From Acidimicrobiaceae bacterium (lineage in GTDB: Bacteria > Actinomycetota > Acidimicrobiia > Acidimicrobiales > JACDCH01), in the NCBI GenBank assembly GCA_041166745.1, contig JBEEGH010000019.1, positions 37,594-101,593 of the forward strand: a DNA stretch of 64,000 nt, in the 5' to 3' direction. Positions 17,272 through 26,368 of this stretch are shown in pieces. Each line of letters begins with the position of its first letter. Within the stretch, counting starts at the first letter, position 1. The translations under genes were made by a program, and so were the position numbers. Under the pieces are notes generated by a model. The model was not told the DNA's origin and ran no database searches. It saw nothing but the letters and a program-made list of their open reading frames with translations.

Positions 17272-18036
17272 ATGCTCACAGGCAAAGTGGTTCTGGTGAC
17301 CGGGGCGGCGTCGGGCATCGGACGCGCCACCATCGAACGAGTACGCACCGACGGGGGAGTTCCGGTGGCGGCCGACATCACCCCATCCGCCGACGGCCAC
17401 GCGCTCGACGTCCGCGACGAAGGCGCGGTGAGCGCGGTCGTCGATCGAATCGTCAGCGAGCACGGCCGGATCGACGGCCTGGTCAATGCCGCCGGGGTCG
17501 CCGGCGGAGGTCCGGTGCACATGGTCGACGCGGCCGAATGGGATCGCGTGATCGGCGTGAACCTGACCGGCACGTTCTTCGTCTGCAAGCACGTGGTGCG
17601 CTGCATGCTCGAACAGCCGCTGGTCGACGGTGAGCGCGGCTCGCTGGTCAACTTGGCCAGCGTCGAAGGCCTCGAGGGCACCGCCGGGGGATCGGCCTAC
17701 AACGCGTCGAAGGGCGGCGTGGTCTTGCTCACGAAGAACATGGCGATCGACTACGGCCCGAGCGGCATCCGCTCGAACGCGATCTGCCCCGGGTTCATCG
17801 ACACCCCGATGACCGATTCGATCTTCGGAATGGACGGCATGGAGGGCCCGCGCGCGGAGTGCATCGAGGAGCACGCGCTCCGCCGCCTCGGCCGCGCCGA
17901 CGAGATCGCCGCCGCCGCCGCCTTTCTCCTCTCGAGCGATGCGTCGTTCGTGTCCGGACAGGCGATCGCCGTTGACGGGGGTTACACGGCGGGGCGCGAC
18001 CACGGTGTCACTCGGCTGCTGGGTTTGTCCCAGTAA
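17272..18036 (+). CDS. short-chain dehydrogenase/reductase
   Basis: Contains LTGKVVLVTGAASGIGRA, YNASKGGV and PGFIDTPM. Confidence 0.85.
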   Translation: MLTGKVVLVTGAASGIGRATIERVRTDGGVPVAADITPSADGHALDVRDEGAVSAVVDRIVSEHGRIDGLVNAAGVAGGGPVHMVDAAEWDRVIGVNLTGTFFVCKHVVRCMLEQPLVDGERGSLVNLASVEGLEGTAGGSAYNASKGGVVLLTKNMAIDYGPSGIRSNAICPGFIDTPMTDSIFGMDGMEGPRAECIEEHALRRLGRADEIAAAAAFLLSSDASFVSGQAIAVDGGYTAGRDHGVTRLLGLSQ

Positions 18037-18046
18037 GTTCACCAAC

Positions 18047-21025
18047 GTGACCCGGTCGCTCGACCGCGACGCTTCGGCCCTCGCCCGCGAGCTGGCGGAG
18101 CTGGGTTCCGACCAGAAGTCGAAGGTCTTCCGCATGTCGTGGTGGAGCGAGCGGATGCTCGACTGGGCGATGGCGAGGCCGGCGTTCAAAACGCAGCTGT
18201 TCCGTTTCGTCGACGTGTTCCCTGCACTCGAAGACGACAGCGACGTGGCCCGTCACCTGTCGGAATACTTCGACGGTGTCGCGATTCCGAAGCTGCTCGA
18301 CCTCGGTGTGGAGCTGGCGGACCACGTGCGCTTCGGTCGCTCGCTCGAGGCTCGGGTGGCCCGGCGGAACATCAAGCGGATGGCGGAGCAGTTCATCGTC
18401 GGCGAGACGGCGGACGAAGCCGTGGTCGGGCTCCATCAGTTGTGGCGCACCGGTTCGGCCGCCACGGTCGACCTGTTGGGTGAGAAGACGATCGTCGAGG
18501 CCGAAGCCGATCGATACGCCGCCAGAGTCGCGCAGCTCCTGACCGTGCTCAGCGACGCCAGCCTGCACTGGGCGCCCGACGAACATCTCGAGCGGGACGA
18601 CGTCGGCCCGATCCCGCGCGTGAACGTGAGCATCAAGCCGACGGCACTGGCATCGCACTACGACCCACTTGGACGCGAGATCGGCATCGAACACGCCAAG
18701 CGCCGAATACGGCCATTGCTACGACTCGCCCTCGACCGGGGCGCATTCGTGCACTTCGACATGGAGCACTACGACGCGAAAGACCTCACGTTGGAGTTGT
18801 TCCGCGAGTTGCTGAGCGAGCCGGAGTTCACCGAGCTCGAGTCCGGCATCGTCGTGCAGGCCTACTTGAAGGACAGTCGCGACGATCTCGCCGGACTCAT
18901 CGCGTGGTCGGCGCAGCGCCGGCGGCCGATCACTGTGCGGCTTGTAAAAGGCGCGTACTGGGACACGGAAACCGTCGAGGCACAGGCCGAAGGCTGGCCG
19001 GTACCGGTATTCGAGCGAAAGGAGGAGACCGACGCGAACTACGAGCGTTGTGTCCGCCTTTTGCACGACCATCACGGTGAGGTCCGGGCCGCCTTCGGTA
19101 CGCACAACCTGCGCTCGCTCGCGTACGCGATCACCTACGCACGGTCCAAGGGCATCCCCGACACGGGCTTCGAGGTGCAGATGCTCTACGGGATGGCCGA
19201 GCCGATGCAGGCCGCAGTGAAGCGCAAGGGCTTGCGGTTGCGCGTGTATGCGCCGGTGGGTGCGCTCGTGCCGGGGATGGCATACCTCGTGCGCCGTTTG
19301 CTGGAAAACACCAGCAACGAGAGTTTCGTCCGTCATCGATTCGCTGAAGGCCGCACGCTCGACGAGCTGCTGGCTCCGCCCAACGTCGATCAGCTGCCGG
19401 GGCTCGAGCCGGTGACCGCTCGGCCGACGACGGACCCGGCGAGCCCGTCCACGTATCAGCCGGAGCCGGTCACGGAATGGCGGCAAGCGCCGAACCGTGC
19501 CCGCTTCGCCGCGGCCATCGACCGAGCCGCGACTGCAGAGACCATCGACGTGCCCGCGCTCATCGCCGGTCAGGTCGTGCAGACCTCGAGCAAGATCGAC
19601 AGCGTCGATCCGGCCGACGTGAAACGGCTCGTGGCCCGCAGCGCGTCGTGCACCGCGGGGCAGGCGGACGACGCGATTGCTGCCGCGGTTGCGGAGGCGG
19701 AGCATTGGCGACGGACACCGGCGATCGAGCGTGTCGCCGTACTGTTCCGCGCCGCGGCCTGGCTGCGCGGGCGGCGCGACGACATCGCCGCGCTCGAAGT
19801 GTTCGAGGCGGGCAAGCCCTGGGACCAGGCGGACGCCGATGTGTGCGAGGCGATCGACTTCTGCGAGTACTACGGCCGCGAGATGCTTCGCCTCGATGCT
19901 TCGGCCTCCGACCGCGTCCAATCGCCGCCGGGCGAGCGAAATCGGCTCGTGTACCACGGCAAGGGTGTCGCCGCGGTCATTGCGCCGTGGAACTTTCCAC
20001 TCGCGATCCCGTGCGGGATGACGGTCGCGGCGTTGGTCGCCGGCAACCCGGTGATCTTGAAGCCGGCTGAGCAAACGCCGGCCGTTGCATGGCAGTTGAT
20101 CCAAGCGCTGCGCGCCGGAGGGGCACCGGCCGGCGCGGTGCAGTTCCTGCCCGGAATCGGAGAAGACGTCGGCGCCCGCCTCGTAGAGCACCCCGACGTC
20201 GCAATCATCGTGTTCACCGGGTCGAAGGCGGTGGGTCTCCACATCAACGAGACGGCCGCCGTGCACCGGCCGGGGCAGCACCACGTGAAGCGCGTGGTGG
20301 CGGAGATGGGCGGGAAGAACGCGATCATCGTCGACAGCGACGCCGATCCAGATCAGGCCGTGCCTGCGGTCATCAACTCCGCATTCGGATTTGCCGGCCA
20401 GAAGTGCTCGGCCGTGTCGCGAGTGATCGTCGCGGACCGGATCTACGACTCGTTCGTGGCGCGGCTCGCGGAAGCGACTCGAGAGGTCGTCGTCGACCAC
20501 CCGAGCTCGATGACGGCCAGGGTCGGCCCGGTGATCGATGCCGATGCACACTCTCGGTTGACCGGCGCGATCGAGCAGGCGGGCCGGGAGGCGCGCATTC
20601 TGGTCCATCGTGAGGACGTACCGAACACGGGCTGGTTCATCGGCCCGACACTCGTGGAGGTCGACGATCCGGCCTCGGCGTCGGTGGCGCGTGACGAGCT
20701 TTTCGGCCCGGTCGTGGCCATCATGAGAGCGAGCGACTTCGACCACGCGATCGCGCTGGCCAATGCGACCGACTACGCATTGACGGCCGGTATCTTCTCC
20801 CGCTCGCCGGCGCACATCGCCCGAGCTACGAACGAGGTCCGTGCTGGCAACTTGTACATCAACCGGGCCATCACCGGCGCCGTGGTCGGTCGGCAACCCT
20901 TCGGCGGCTACGGCATGTCCGGGGTCGGCTCGAAGGCCGGCGGACCCGATTACCTGTTGCAGTTCCTCGACCCGCGCACGATCACGGAGAACACCGTGCG
21001 CCAGGGTTTCGCGGCGGAGGAGTAG
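18047..21025 (+). CDS. putA: bifunctional proline dehydrogenase / L-glutamate gamma-semialdehyde dehydrogenase
   Basis: The N-terminal half shows PRODH-like blocks (VNVSIKPTAL, HFDMEHY, RLVKGAYWD, RRLLENTSNESF). The C-terminal half is ALDH-like (FTGSKAVG, EMGGKNAIIVDSDAD, GQKCSAVSR). GTG 18047 is chosen because it follows the SDR stop. Confidence 0.9.
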   Translation: MTRSLDRDASALARELAELGSDQKSKVFRMSWWSERMLDWAMARPAFKTQLFRFVDVFPALEDDSDVARHLSEYFDGVAIPKLLDLGVELADHVRFGRSLEARVARRNIKRMAEQFIVGETADEAVVGLHQLWRTGSAATVDLLGEKTIVEAEADRYAARVAQLLTVLSDASLHWAPDEHLERDDVGPIPRVNVSIKPTALASHYDPLGREIGIEHAKRRIRPLLRLALDRGAFVHFDMEHYDAKDLTLELFRELLSEPEFTELESGIVVQAYLKDSRDDLAGLIAWSAQRRRPITVRLVKGAYWDTETVEAQAEGWPVPVFERKEETDANYERCVRLLHDHHGEVRAAFGTHNLRSLAYAITYARSKGIPDTGFEVQMLYGMAEPMQAAVKRKGLRLRVYAPVGALVPGMAYLVRRLLENTSNESFVRHRFAEGRTLDELLAPPNVDQLPGLEPVTARPTTDPASPSTYQPEPVTEWRQAPNRARFAAAIDRAATAETIDVPALIAGQVVQTSSKIDSVDPADVKRLVARSASCTAGQADDAIAAAVAEAEHWRRTPAIERVAVLFRAAAWLRGRRDDIAALEVFEAGKPWDQADADVCEAIDFCEYYGREMLRLDASASDRVQSPPGERNRLVYHGKGVAAVIAPWNFPLAIPCGMTVAALVAGNPVILKPAEQTPAVAWQLIQALRAGGAPAGAVQFLPGIGEDVGARLVEHPDVAIIVFTGSKAVGLHINETAAVHRPGQHHVKRVVAEMGGKNAIIVDSDADPDQAVPAVINSAFGFAGQKCSAVSRVIVADRIYDSFVARLAEATREVVVDHPSSMTARVGPVIDADAHSRLTGAIEQAGREARILVHREDVPNTGWFIGPTLVEVDDPASASVARDELFGPVVAIMRASDFDHAIALANATDYALTAGIFSRSPAHIARATNEVRAGNLYINRAITGAVVGRQPFGGYGMSGVGSKAGGPDYLLQFLDPRTITENTVRQGFAAEE

Positions 21026-21028
21026 GCA

Positions 21029-21484
21029 GTGAAAGAGGTGGACATCGCGCTCGAGAACCGAAAAGCCGCCTTCGTCGGCATCCTCGGGGCCGCGCTCGCC
21101 ATCGTGGGCGCGTTCCAGGTGTGGTTGCGCATCCGCATCGCCGGCTTCATCCCTCCGGGGAGCGCAGAGACCGGCTGGCGCGGCGGCGATGGGCGAACGA
21201 TCGTGCTGGCCGCAGTCGTGGCCGGAGCCGCGGCGGGCGCACTCTGGATCGGGCGCCGCGACCTGTGGCTCAAAATTGTCCTGCTCATCGCCGGAGGCGT
21301 GACGGTCGTGATCGCGATCGTCCACATGGTCGACGCCGGATCGAAGGCGCGAGACATCGAGGTGCAGTTCGGCATCCCGGCCGGCGACGTGTCCGCACAG
21401 GTCGGTGTGGGTCTGTACCTGGTCGTGGTCGGCGGCCTCGGTCTGCTCGCCGCCGGATTGCGGGCAAGAACGGCGTCGTCGTGA
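21029..21484 (+). CDS. small integral membrane protein (4 predicted hydrophobic segments)
   Basis: 151 aa. The GTG lies 6 nt after GGAGGAG. Hydrophobic stretches include FVGILGAALAIVGAF and VGLYLVVVGGLGLLAAGL. Confidence 0.6.
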   Translation: MKEVDIALENRKAAFVGILGAALAIVGAFQVWLRIRIAGFIPPGSAETGWRGGDGRTIVLAAVVAGAAAGALWIGRRDLWLKIVLLIAGGVTVVIAIVHMVDAGSKARDIEVQFGIPAGDVSAQVGVGLYLVVVGGLGLLAAGLRARTASS

Positions 21485-22683
21485 AGCGGGGTGGGTGGTG
21501 GTTCCCCGTACTGCTGTTCTTCGCAGTCGCCACCGTGCTCACCGTGGTCGTGCAGGTCTCGCACGAGAACATGAAAGAGGACGAAGCCCCGTATCCGAAT
21601 GCCCCGAGCACACACGACTACTTCGGCGGCTGGATGCAGTTCGACACCGGGTGGTACGTGTCCATCGCGGAGCACGGATACGACGAGCCACAGGTGATCG
21701 CATTCGACAGCGGCCAACAATCCGCGGTGGCGTACTTCCCTGGCTACCCGCTGGCCGTTCGCCAGGTAGCTCGCGCCACCGGTCACGACTACGTGCTCGC
21801 CGCCGCGCTGACGACGTTCGCCTGCGGGCTCGCCGTGTTCCTGCTCTTCTGGGCCTGGTGTGGCCGCCGCCTGTCGCGAGCGGATCGCCGCACCGCGATG
21901 CTGCTCCTCGCGCTGTATCCGTTCGCGTGGTTCTTGTACGGGTCGGGGTACGGCGACGTCCTCTTCATCGTGCTCACGATCGGCGCGTTCATGTTGCTCG
22001 AACGGGACCGGCCAGTTCTCGCGGGCTTGGCCGGCGCGGGGGCATCGGCAACGCGACTCATCGGCGTCGGCACCATCATCGGGCTGATCGCGATGGTGAT
22101 CGAGCGCCGCCACGCTCTCGTGCGCAGCGAGGCGGATGGGCCGCGGCGCCCATGGTCCGGATGGCGACTGGATCGATCACGCCTACGGCTTCGCGACAGC
22201 GGTGTGCTGTTGAGCTTTGCGGGCATCGGTTCGTACTGCGTGTTCTTGTGGGGCCGCGTCGGCGATCCCCTCGCGTTCAACACGGTGCAAGCCGCCCCGG
22301 GCTGGAACCAGGGCACCGGTCCGAAGACGTGGATCAAGTACTCCTTCTTCGCGCAGGTGATCCGGGGTGAACATTCGTACGGTGTCCGGCTGGTGTTGCA
22401 GGCGCTGCTGTGCCTCGTGTTCCTCATCGCGATTCCCCTCGTCTGGCAACGAATCGGCAAGGCGTATGCCATCTACACGTCGGTGATCATCGGTATTCCG
22501 CTCATCGGAACGAGCACGATGCAAGGGTTCGGTCGGTACTTGCTCAGCGCCTTCCCGGTCTTTGCCGTTGGGGGTGCGTTGCTCGCGGAGCGAACCAAAC
22601 CGAGGCGAGTGGTGCTCGTGTCCAGCGGCACCCTGCTCGTCGTGCTGGTCTCCTTCTTCGGTCGCGGGTTCTACCTGTCGTAG
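21481..22683 (+). CDS. polytopic GT-C-type glycosyltransferase (PIG-V / mannosyltransferase-2-like)
   Basis: 400 aa from a GTG that overlaps the upstream stop (GTGA). It has many TM segments, and the N-terminal loop reads FDTGWYVSIAEHGY...AYFPGYPL, as in the PIG-V family. Confidence 0.65.
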   Translation: MKRGGWWFPVLLFFAVATVLTVVVQVSHENMKEDEAPYPNAPSTHDYFGGWMQFDTGWYVSIAEHGYDEPQVIAFDSGQQSAVAYFPGYPLAVRQVARATGHDYVLAAALTTFACGLAVFLLFWAWCGRRLSRADRRTAMLLLALYPFAWFLYGSGYGDVLFIVLTIGAFMLLERDRPVLAGLAGAGASATRLIGVGTIIGLIAMVIERRHALVRSEADGPRRPWSGWRLDRSRLRLRDSGVLLSFAGIGSYCVFLWGRVGDPLAFNTVQAAPGWNQGTGPKTWIKYSFFAQVIRGEHSYGVRLVLQALLCLVFLIAIPLVWQRIGKAYAIYTSVIIGIPLIGTSTMQGFGRYLLSAFPVFAVGGALLAERTKPRRVVLVSSGTLLVVLVSFFGRGFYLS

Positions 22684-22704
22684 GCCCTTCTCGGTAGCCT
22701 CCCC

Positions 22705-23472
22705 GTGATCATGGAGCCAACGTTCGGCACGCTCACCTTGATGTTCCCGATGTGGAACGAAGAGGAGATGATTCATCGCACGGTCGGTGCCGCCCGGGAG
22801 ACCGGCGAAGACCTCATCTCGGCGGGTGACGTCGCCGACTACGAGATTCTTCTCGTCGACGACGCGTCCACCGACGGCACGGGAAAGATCGCCGACGAGC
22901 TCGCCGCCGCCGATCCGCGGGTTCGCGTCGTTCATCACGCGGAGAATCGCAAGCTCGGAGGCAGCGTCCGCACGGGCCTCGACAACGCCAAGGGCGATCT
23001 CGTGCTCTACACCGATGCAGACATGCCATTCGACCTCGCCGATTTGGGCAAGGCCCTTCGCCTCATGCGGGTGTACGACGCCGACATCGTGAGCGCGTAC
23101 CGATTCGACCGCACGGGCGAAGGCGGCGTAAGGGCGTTGTATTCGTACGTCTACAACACGTTGGTCAAGCTCATCTTGCGACTGAAGATCCGCGACGTGA
23201 ACTTCGCGTTCAAGCTGCTGCGTAAGAATGTCATTCAGCACCTCGAGTTGGAGAGTGAAGGTTCGCTGATCGATGTCGAGTTGCTGGCCAAAGCGCAGCG
23301 GCTCGGATTCCACATCATTCAGTTCGGTGTCGACTACTTCCCCCGCGACAGAGGCACCTCGACGTTGTCGTCGCCTGCCGTGATCGTGAACATCGTGAAG
23401 GAGCTCTCTCGGCTCCTGCCCTCGATGCGCAAGGTCGAACGCCTGCCCGATCGCGCGCTACGCCACCGGTGA
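22705..23472 (+). CDS. GT2 glycosyltransferase (polyprenyl-phosphate sugar synthase, Dpm1/ArnC-like)
   Basis: Contains LTLMFPMWNEEE, ILLVDDASTDGT and LYTDADMPFD (DxD-type motifs). Confidence 0.85.
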   Translation: MIMEPTFGTLTLMFPMWNEEEMIHRTVGAARETGEDLISAGDVADYEILLVDDASTDGTGKIADELAAADPRVRVVHHAENRKLGGSVRTGLDNAKGDLVLYTDADMPFDLADLGKALRLMRVYDADIVSAYRFDRTGEGGVRALYSYVYNTLVKLILRLKIRDVNFAFKLLRKNVIQHLELESEGSLIDVELLAKAQRLGFHIIQFGVDYFPRDRGTSTLSSPAVIVNIVKELSRLLPSMRKVERLPDRALRHR

Positions 23473-24335
23473 GCAGCGCCGCTGCGCCGCCGCGGCTGCT
23501 GATCGTCAACGCCGATGACTTCGGGCTGACCGAAGGGGTGTGCCGGGCGATCCTGCGGGCGCACTCCGAGGGCATCGTGACGTCCACATCTGCGCTCGCG
23601 GTCGCTCCTGCGTTCGCTCGCTGTGCCGGATGGCTCGGCGACGCACCCGATCTCGGGGTCGGCGTCCATCTCGCCGCGGTCGGCGAGGATCCGCCGCTGT
23701 TGAGCGCGCGTGAGATCCCGACACTCGTCGATCAGCGCGGCCACTTCCCTTCTTCGTGGCGCCAGTTCCTCCCACGCATGGCGGCGCGACGCATCGACAT
23801 CGACGACCTCGAGCGCGAGTTCACCGCGCAGGCCGACGCGGTGCGATCGTCGGTCGGTGCCGACCGGATCACGCACCTCGATACGCATCAGCACCTCCAC
23901 CTGTGGCCGCGCGTCGCGTCGCTCGTATGCCGGTTGGCTGCTCGTTGGGAGGTGCCGGCCGTCCGGGTCACGCGGTCGCTCGGCCGATCGCCGAAGGGCC
24001 GGCTGGTCAATGCGCTCGCCGGCCGACTCGACCGGCGGGTGACGGCTGCGGGACTTCTCGCACCAGAGGCGTTCGCCGGCTTCGATGAAGCAGGCGCTGT
24101 TGGTGCTTCTCGCCTGGTCGAGGTCATCGAACGTCTCTCGGCAACCGGCGCGCGTACCGCCGAGATCGGGATCCATCCGGGCGAAGGCGACGACGCCGAC
24201 CTCGCGCGCTACGAGTGGGGCTATCACTGGGGCGACGAGCTCGAGGCCCTCCTGGCCCCGCGCACCCGCGATGTGATCGCGCGAGCGGGGTTCACGCTGG
24301 GGTCGTTCGCCGCACTCGAGGCGGTGTCCCGCTGA
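23469..24335 (+). CDS. YdjC/ChbG/HpnK-family carbohydrate deacetylase
   Basis: N-terminal LLIVNADDFGLTEGV is followed by LDTHQHLHLWP. The GTG overlaps the upstream stop (GTGA). Confidence 0.8.
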   Translation: MSSAAAPPRLLIVNADDFGLTEGVCRAILRAHSEGIVTSTSALAVAPAFARCAGWLGDAPDLGVGVHLAAVGEDPPLLSAREIPTLVDQRGHFPSSWRQFLPRMAARRIDIDDLEREFTAQADAVRSSVGADRITHLDTHQHLHLWPRVASLVCRLAARWEVPAVRVTRSLGRSPKGRLVNALAGRLDRRVTAAGLLAPEAFAGFDEAGAVGASRLVEVIERLSATGARTAEIGIHPGEGDDADLARYEWGYHWGDELEALLAPRTRDVIARAGFTLGSFAALEAVSR

Positions 24336-24361
24336 GCGCGGTTGATCCGATTGGTCAGCGG

Positions 24362-25000
24362 GTGCAGGCGGCTTTTGCGGGTGCGTCCCGCAGCGAGCGA
24401 CTGCACGTCACCGCCCGCCTTCGCTCGTGCCCGATAGCGGCGATCGCCGACGCCACTCCGTCGTCTGGCCGCATCCTCGACTTCGGCTGCGGGCATGGTG
24501 CGGTTTCGCTCTATCTGGCGTTCACGTCGTCGGCTCGCGAGATCACGGGCGTGGATGTCGACGGCGACAAGTTGGTGCACGCTCGAGCGGCGGCCGACGC
24601 GGCTGCGCTGCCGATCCGATTCGAGCAAGTGGAACCGGGTTACCGCCCGACGGGACAGTGGGACGCGATCACGATCGTCGATGTGCTGTACCTACTCGGT
24701 GAACAGGCCGCGCTCGAGGTGGTCGACGCTTCCGCGGCTGCGCTGGCCCCGGGTGGGGTGCTCTTGATCAAGGAGATCGACGTCCGCCCGCGGTGGAAAT
24801 TCTGGTTGGCCGCGGGGCAAGAGTTCCTTTCGACGAAGGTGCTCCGCATCACGAAGGGAAGTCGTGTCCGGTTCCTGCCGCCCGCCCAGTTCGAGGCGCG
24901 CCTCGTTGGCGCGGGCCTGGAGGTCGAGCACCGGTCCTTGCACCGCGGCCGCATGCACCCCCATCACCTCATCGTCGCGAGGATGCCTGCAGATGCCTGA
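24362..25000 (+). CDS. class I SAM-dependent methyltransferase
   Basis: Motif I is ILDFGCGHGAVSL. The start is uncertain: GTG 24362, or CTG 24332 overlapping the upstream stop. Confidence 0.7.
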   Translation: MQAAFAGASRSERLHVTARLRSCPIAAIADATPSSGRILDFGCGHGAVSLYLAFTSSAREITGVDVDGDKLVHARAAADAAALPIRFEQVEPGYRPTGQWDAITIVDVLYLLGEQAALEVVDASAAALAPGGVLLIKEIDVRPRWKFWLAAGQEFLSTKVLRITKGSRVRFLPPAQFEARLVGAGLEVEHRSLHRGRMHPHHLIVARMPADA

Positions 25001-25748
25001 CCTCGACCATCAGCCTGATGCTGCGTACTTCGACACGATGGCGCGGCACGCTCGCACCCACTGGTGGTACGAGGGCCGCCGCGCGCTGGTGCGCGAAGCG
25101 CTCCGCCGCTTTGACATTCCCGGCGGGCTCGTGCTCGACGTCGGCTGCGGTACCGGCGACAACATGGACATGCTGGCGGAAGTTGCGGGCACCGCAGTGA
25201 TCGGCACCGACCTCAGTGCCTACGCGCTGCGGCATGCGGTGCGGGGCCGCACGGAAATCGCGCTCGCCGAAGACCTGCCGGTCGCGACGGAGAGCTGCGG
25301 TCTGGTCACGAGCATGGATGTCGTCGAGCACCTCGATGACGACCTCGTCGGTCTCCGCGAGTATCGCCGGGTGCTCGTGCCGGGCGGTCTGCTCCTGCTG
25401 ACGGTGCCCGCGTACCAGTGGTTGTGGGGGGAGCACGATGTTCGCGCCGCGCACCGCCGGCGTTACCGAGTCGGTGGACTTGCCTCGGTCGTCGAGAACG
25501 CGGGCTTCGAGGTCTTGCACACCACGTACTACAACTCGTTCCTCGTTCCGCCCGCGGCGTTGCTCCGTCGCACGCCGTTGCGCCGGCTCGTGAAGGAGAC
25601 CGACGAAGAAGTGGGCAACACGAGTCCGTTCGTCTCGAAGGTCATGACGCGACTGTCGAAGGTAGAGCGTCGCTTCGCGCTGCGAAGACGTGTGCCCTTC
25701 GGTCTGTCGATTCTTCTCGTGGGCCGCCGCCTCGAGATTGCAAGATGA
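24993..25748 (+). CDS. class I SAM-dependent methyltransferase
   Basis: Motif I is VLDVGCGTGDNM, and the post-I block is PGGLLLLTVPA. ATG 24993 overlaps the upstream gene by 8 nt. Confidence 0.8.
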   Translation: MPDLDHQPDAAYFDTMARHARTHWWYEGRRALVREALRRFDIPGGLVLDVGCGTGDNMDMLAEVAGTAVIGTDLSAYALRHAVRGRTEIALAEDLPVATESCGLVTSMDVVEHLDDDLVGLREYRRVLVPGGLLLLTVPAYQWLWGEHDVRAAHRRRYRVGGLASVVENAGFEVLHTTYYNSFLVPPAALLRRTPLRRLVKETDEEVGNTSPFVSKVMTRLSKVERRFALRRRVPFGLSILLVGRRLEIAR

Positions 25749-25769
25749 CCCGGGCGCGCGCGGCGTGAC

Positions 25770-26243
25770 TCACGGCGTCAGCTGAGCGACCAGTGGCAGC
25801 ACACGATGGCCGAGTTGCTCGGTCAACGCGATCTGCGTCGTCGAGCGCATGATGCCGCTCACGCCGAGGATGCCGTTGATGACGTCCTGCAGATGCTCGT
25901 TGGTGCGCGCCACTACGCGGCAATGCAGATCGCCCGGCCCCGTCGTCGCGTGCGCCTCCAACACCTCGGGAATACCGGCGAGGTGCGCGGTCACGTCGAC
26001 CAGGCGACCCTGTGCGATCTCGAGGGTGACGAAGGCGAGCACCGTGTAGCCGATGACGCGCAGATCGAGGTCGGGCCCGAAGCCGGTGATCACGCCACGG
26101 GCCTGCAACTTGTCGAGTCGGGCCTGCACCGTGCCGCGCGCCACCTGCAGGCGGCGGGCGAGCTCCATGATCCCGGCGCGGGGCGCGGCCGCGAGGGTGA
26201 GGATGAGGCGGGCGTCGAGGTCATCGATCCCAGTAGGCAACAT
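25770..26243 (-). CDS. Lrp/AsnC-family transcriptional regulator
   Basis: Reads LDARLILTLAAAPRAGIMELARRLQVARGTVQARLDKLQARGVI followed by an RAM-like domain. The start is set at the internal ATG giving 157 aa. Confidence 0.85.
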   Translation of the reverse strand: MLPTGIDDLDARLILTLAAAPRAGIMELARRLQVARGTVQARLDKLQARGVITGFGPDLDLRVIGYTVLAFVTLEIAQGRLVDVTAHLAGIPEVLEAHATTGPGDLHCRVVARTNEHLQDVINGILGVSGIMRSTTQIALTEQLGHRVLPLVAQLTP

Positions 26244-26368
26244 GTCGGCATGGTAGAGCGACTGTCCGCCAGAGGTGGGCAGAGTGTCCAGATCCACGTG
26301 CGAGCGTTGACGGATCGGCGAGAGATCCATTGACTGCAGGTACAGATCGTCCTTCCCGGGGAGCAATC

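Noticed and set aside
16211-17299. 362-aa plus-strand ORF
   Set aside because: It is antisense to the LLM oxidoreductase gene. The translation is Arg/Leu/His-rich and lacks motifs.
18719-21325. 868-aa ORF on the minus strand
   Set aside because: It is entirely antisense to the putA gene, whose PRODH and ALDH motifs are unambiguous. The translation is Arg/Gly/Asp/His-rich with no motif, which is the typical shadow ORF of high-GC DNA.
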